DNA of 34,780 bases. Source: a virus (lineage: Duplodnaviria > Caudoviricetes). Location: positions 1 to 34,780 of the IMG/VR virus record IMGVR_UViG_3300020381_000027; one strand, written 5' to 3'. Shown one piece after another: positions 34,618-34,780 of the stretch. Numbering within the stretch: position 1 is the stretch's first letter; every line of letters starts with the position of its first letter. The position numbers were made by a program, and so were the translations under genes. The notes beneath the pieces were generated by a model. That model ran no database searches, was not told the DNA's origin, and was given only the letters and a program-made list of their open reading frames with translations.

Positions 34618-34780
34618 ATGGCTTGGTTCAGTTTAGCAAAGATTGCTATGCAAGCTGGCGCAAAGATATATTCTAACCGTCAGAAAACTAAAATGGCCAT
34701 GTCTGATGCACAATTGATGCATGCAGAGAAAATGGCTCGAGGTGAGGAATCTTACCAGGGCAAACTTTTAGAGGCGAGAC
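34618..34780 (+). CDS. Holin-like protein N-terminus, 3'-truncated
   Basis: MAWFSLAKIAMQAGAKIYSNRQKTKMAMSDAQLMHAEKMARGEESYQGKLLEAR; frame open to the window end; function tentative. Confidence 0.45.
   Translation, partial: MAWFSLAKIAMQAGAKIYSNRQKTKMAMSDAQLMHAEKMARGEESYQGKLLEAR

Noticed and set aside
1-34780. Prophage integration module, tRNA genes, alternative genetic code
   Set aside because: No integrase, att-like host junction or cloverleaf was recognised; long genes translate cleanly with code 11 and all three stop codons are used.

Overview
AT-rich window covering most of a podovirus-like dsDNA phage genome, probably infecting a marine alphaproteobacterium. Gene content and order resemble HTVC023P-type pelagiphages (SAR11 host); this is inferred, not searched. 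Layout: internal virion/ejection proteins, M15 endolysin and a SpeD-like pyruvoyl decarboxylase (1-6943); leftward SNF2 helicase; rightward replication operon with SSB, primase-polymerase, UvrD helicase, free-standing LAGLIDADG endonuclease, DUF3310 and PolA (8912-16936); a dense run of small membrane/secreted/Cys-rich ORFs, many below the ORF-track cutoff (16933-22446); an iteron-bearing origin-like interval (22450-22800); leftward terS and accessory genes; a repeat-rich control region (27270-28430); terL, portal and a holin-like gene. No integrase, tRNA or CRISPR array was seen. The most unusual signals are non-coding or very small: (i) a gene-cassette array whose 29-bp junction repeat encodes a shared C-terminal QA[S/R]EQKG tag, the stop codon, and the next gene's RBS and ATG; (ii) a perfect Irr-type iron control element plus five RegA/PrrA-like boxes upstream of terL; (iii) a triple-hairpin RNA with an anti-Shine-Dalgarno loop; (iv) a hairpin hiding the start codon of the resolvase-like nuclease; (v) a metallothionein-like 36-aa peptide.
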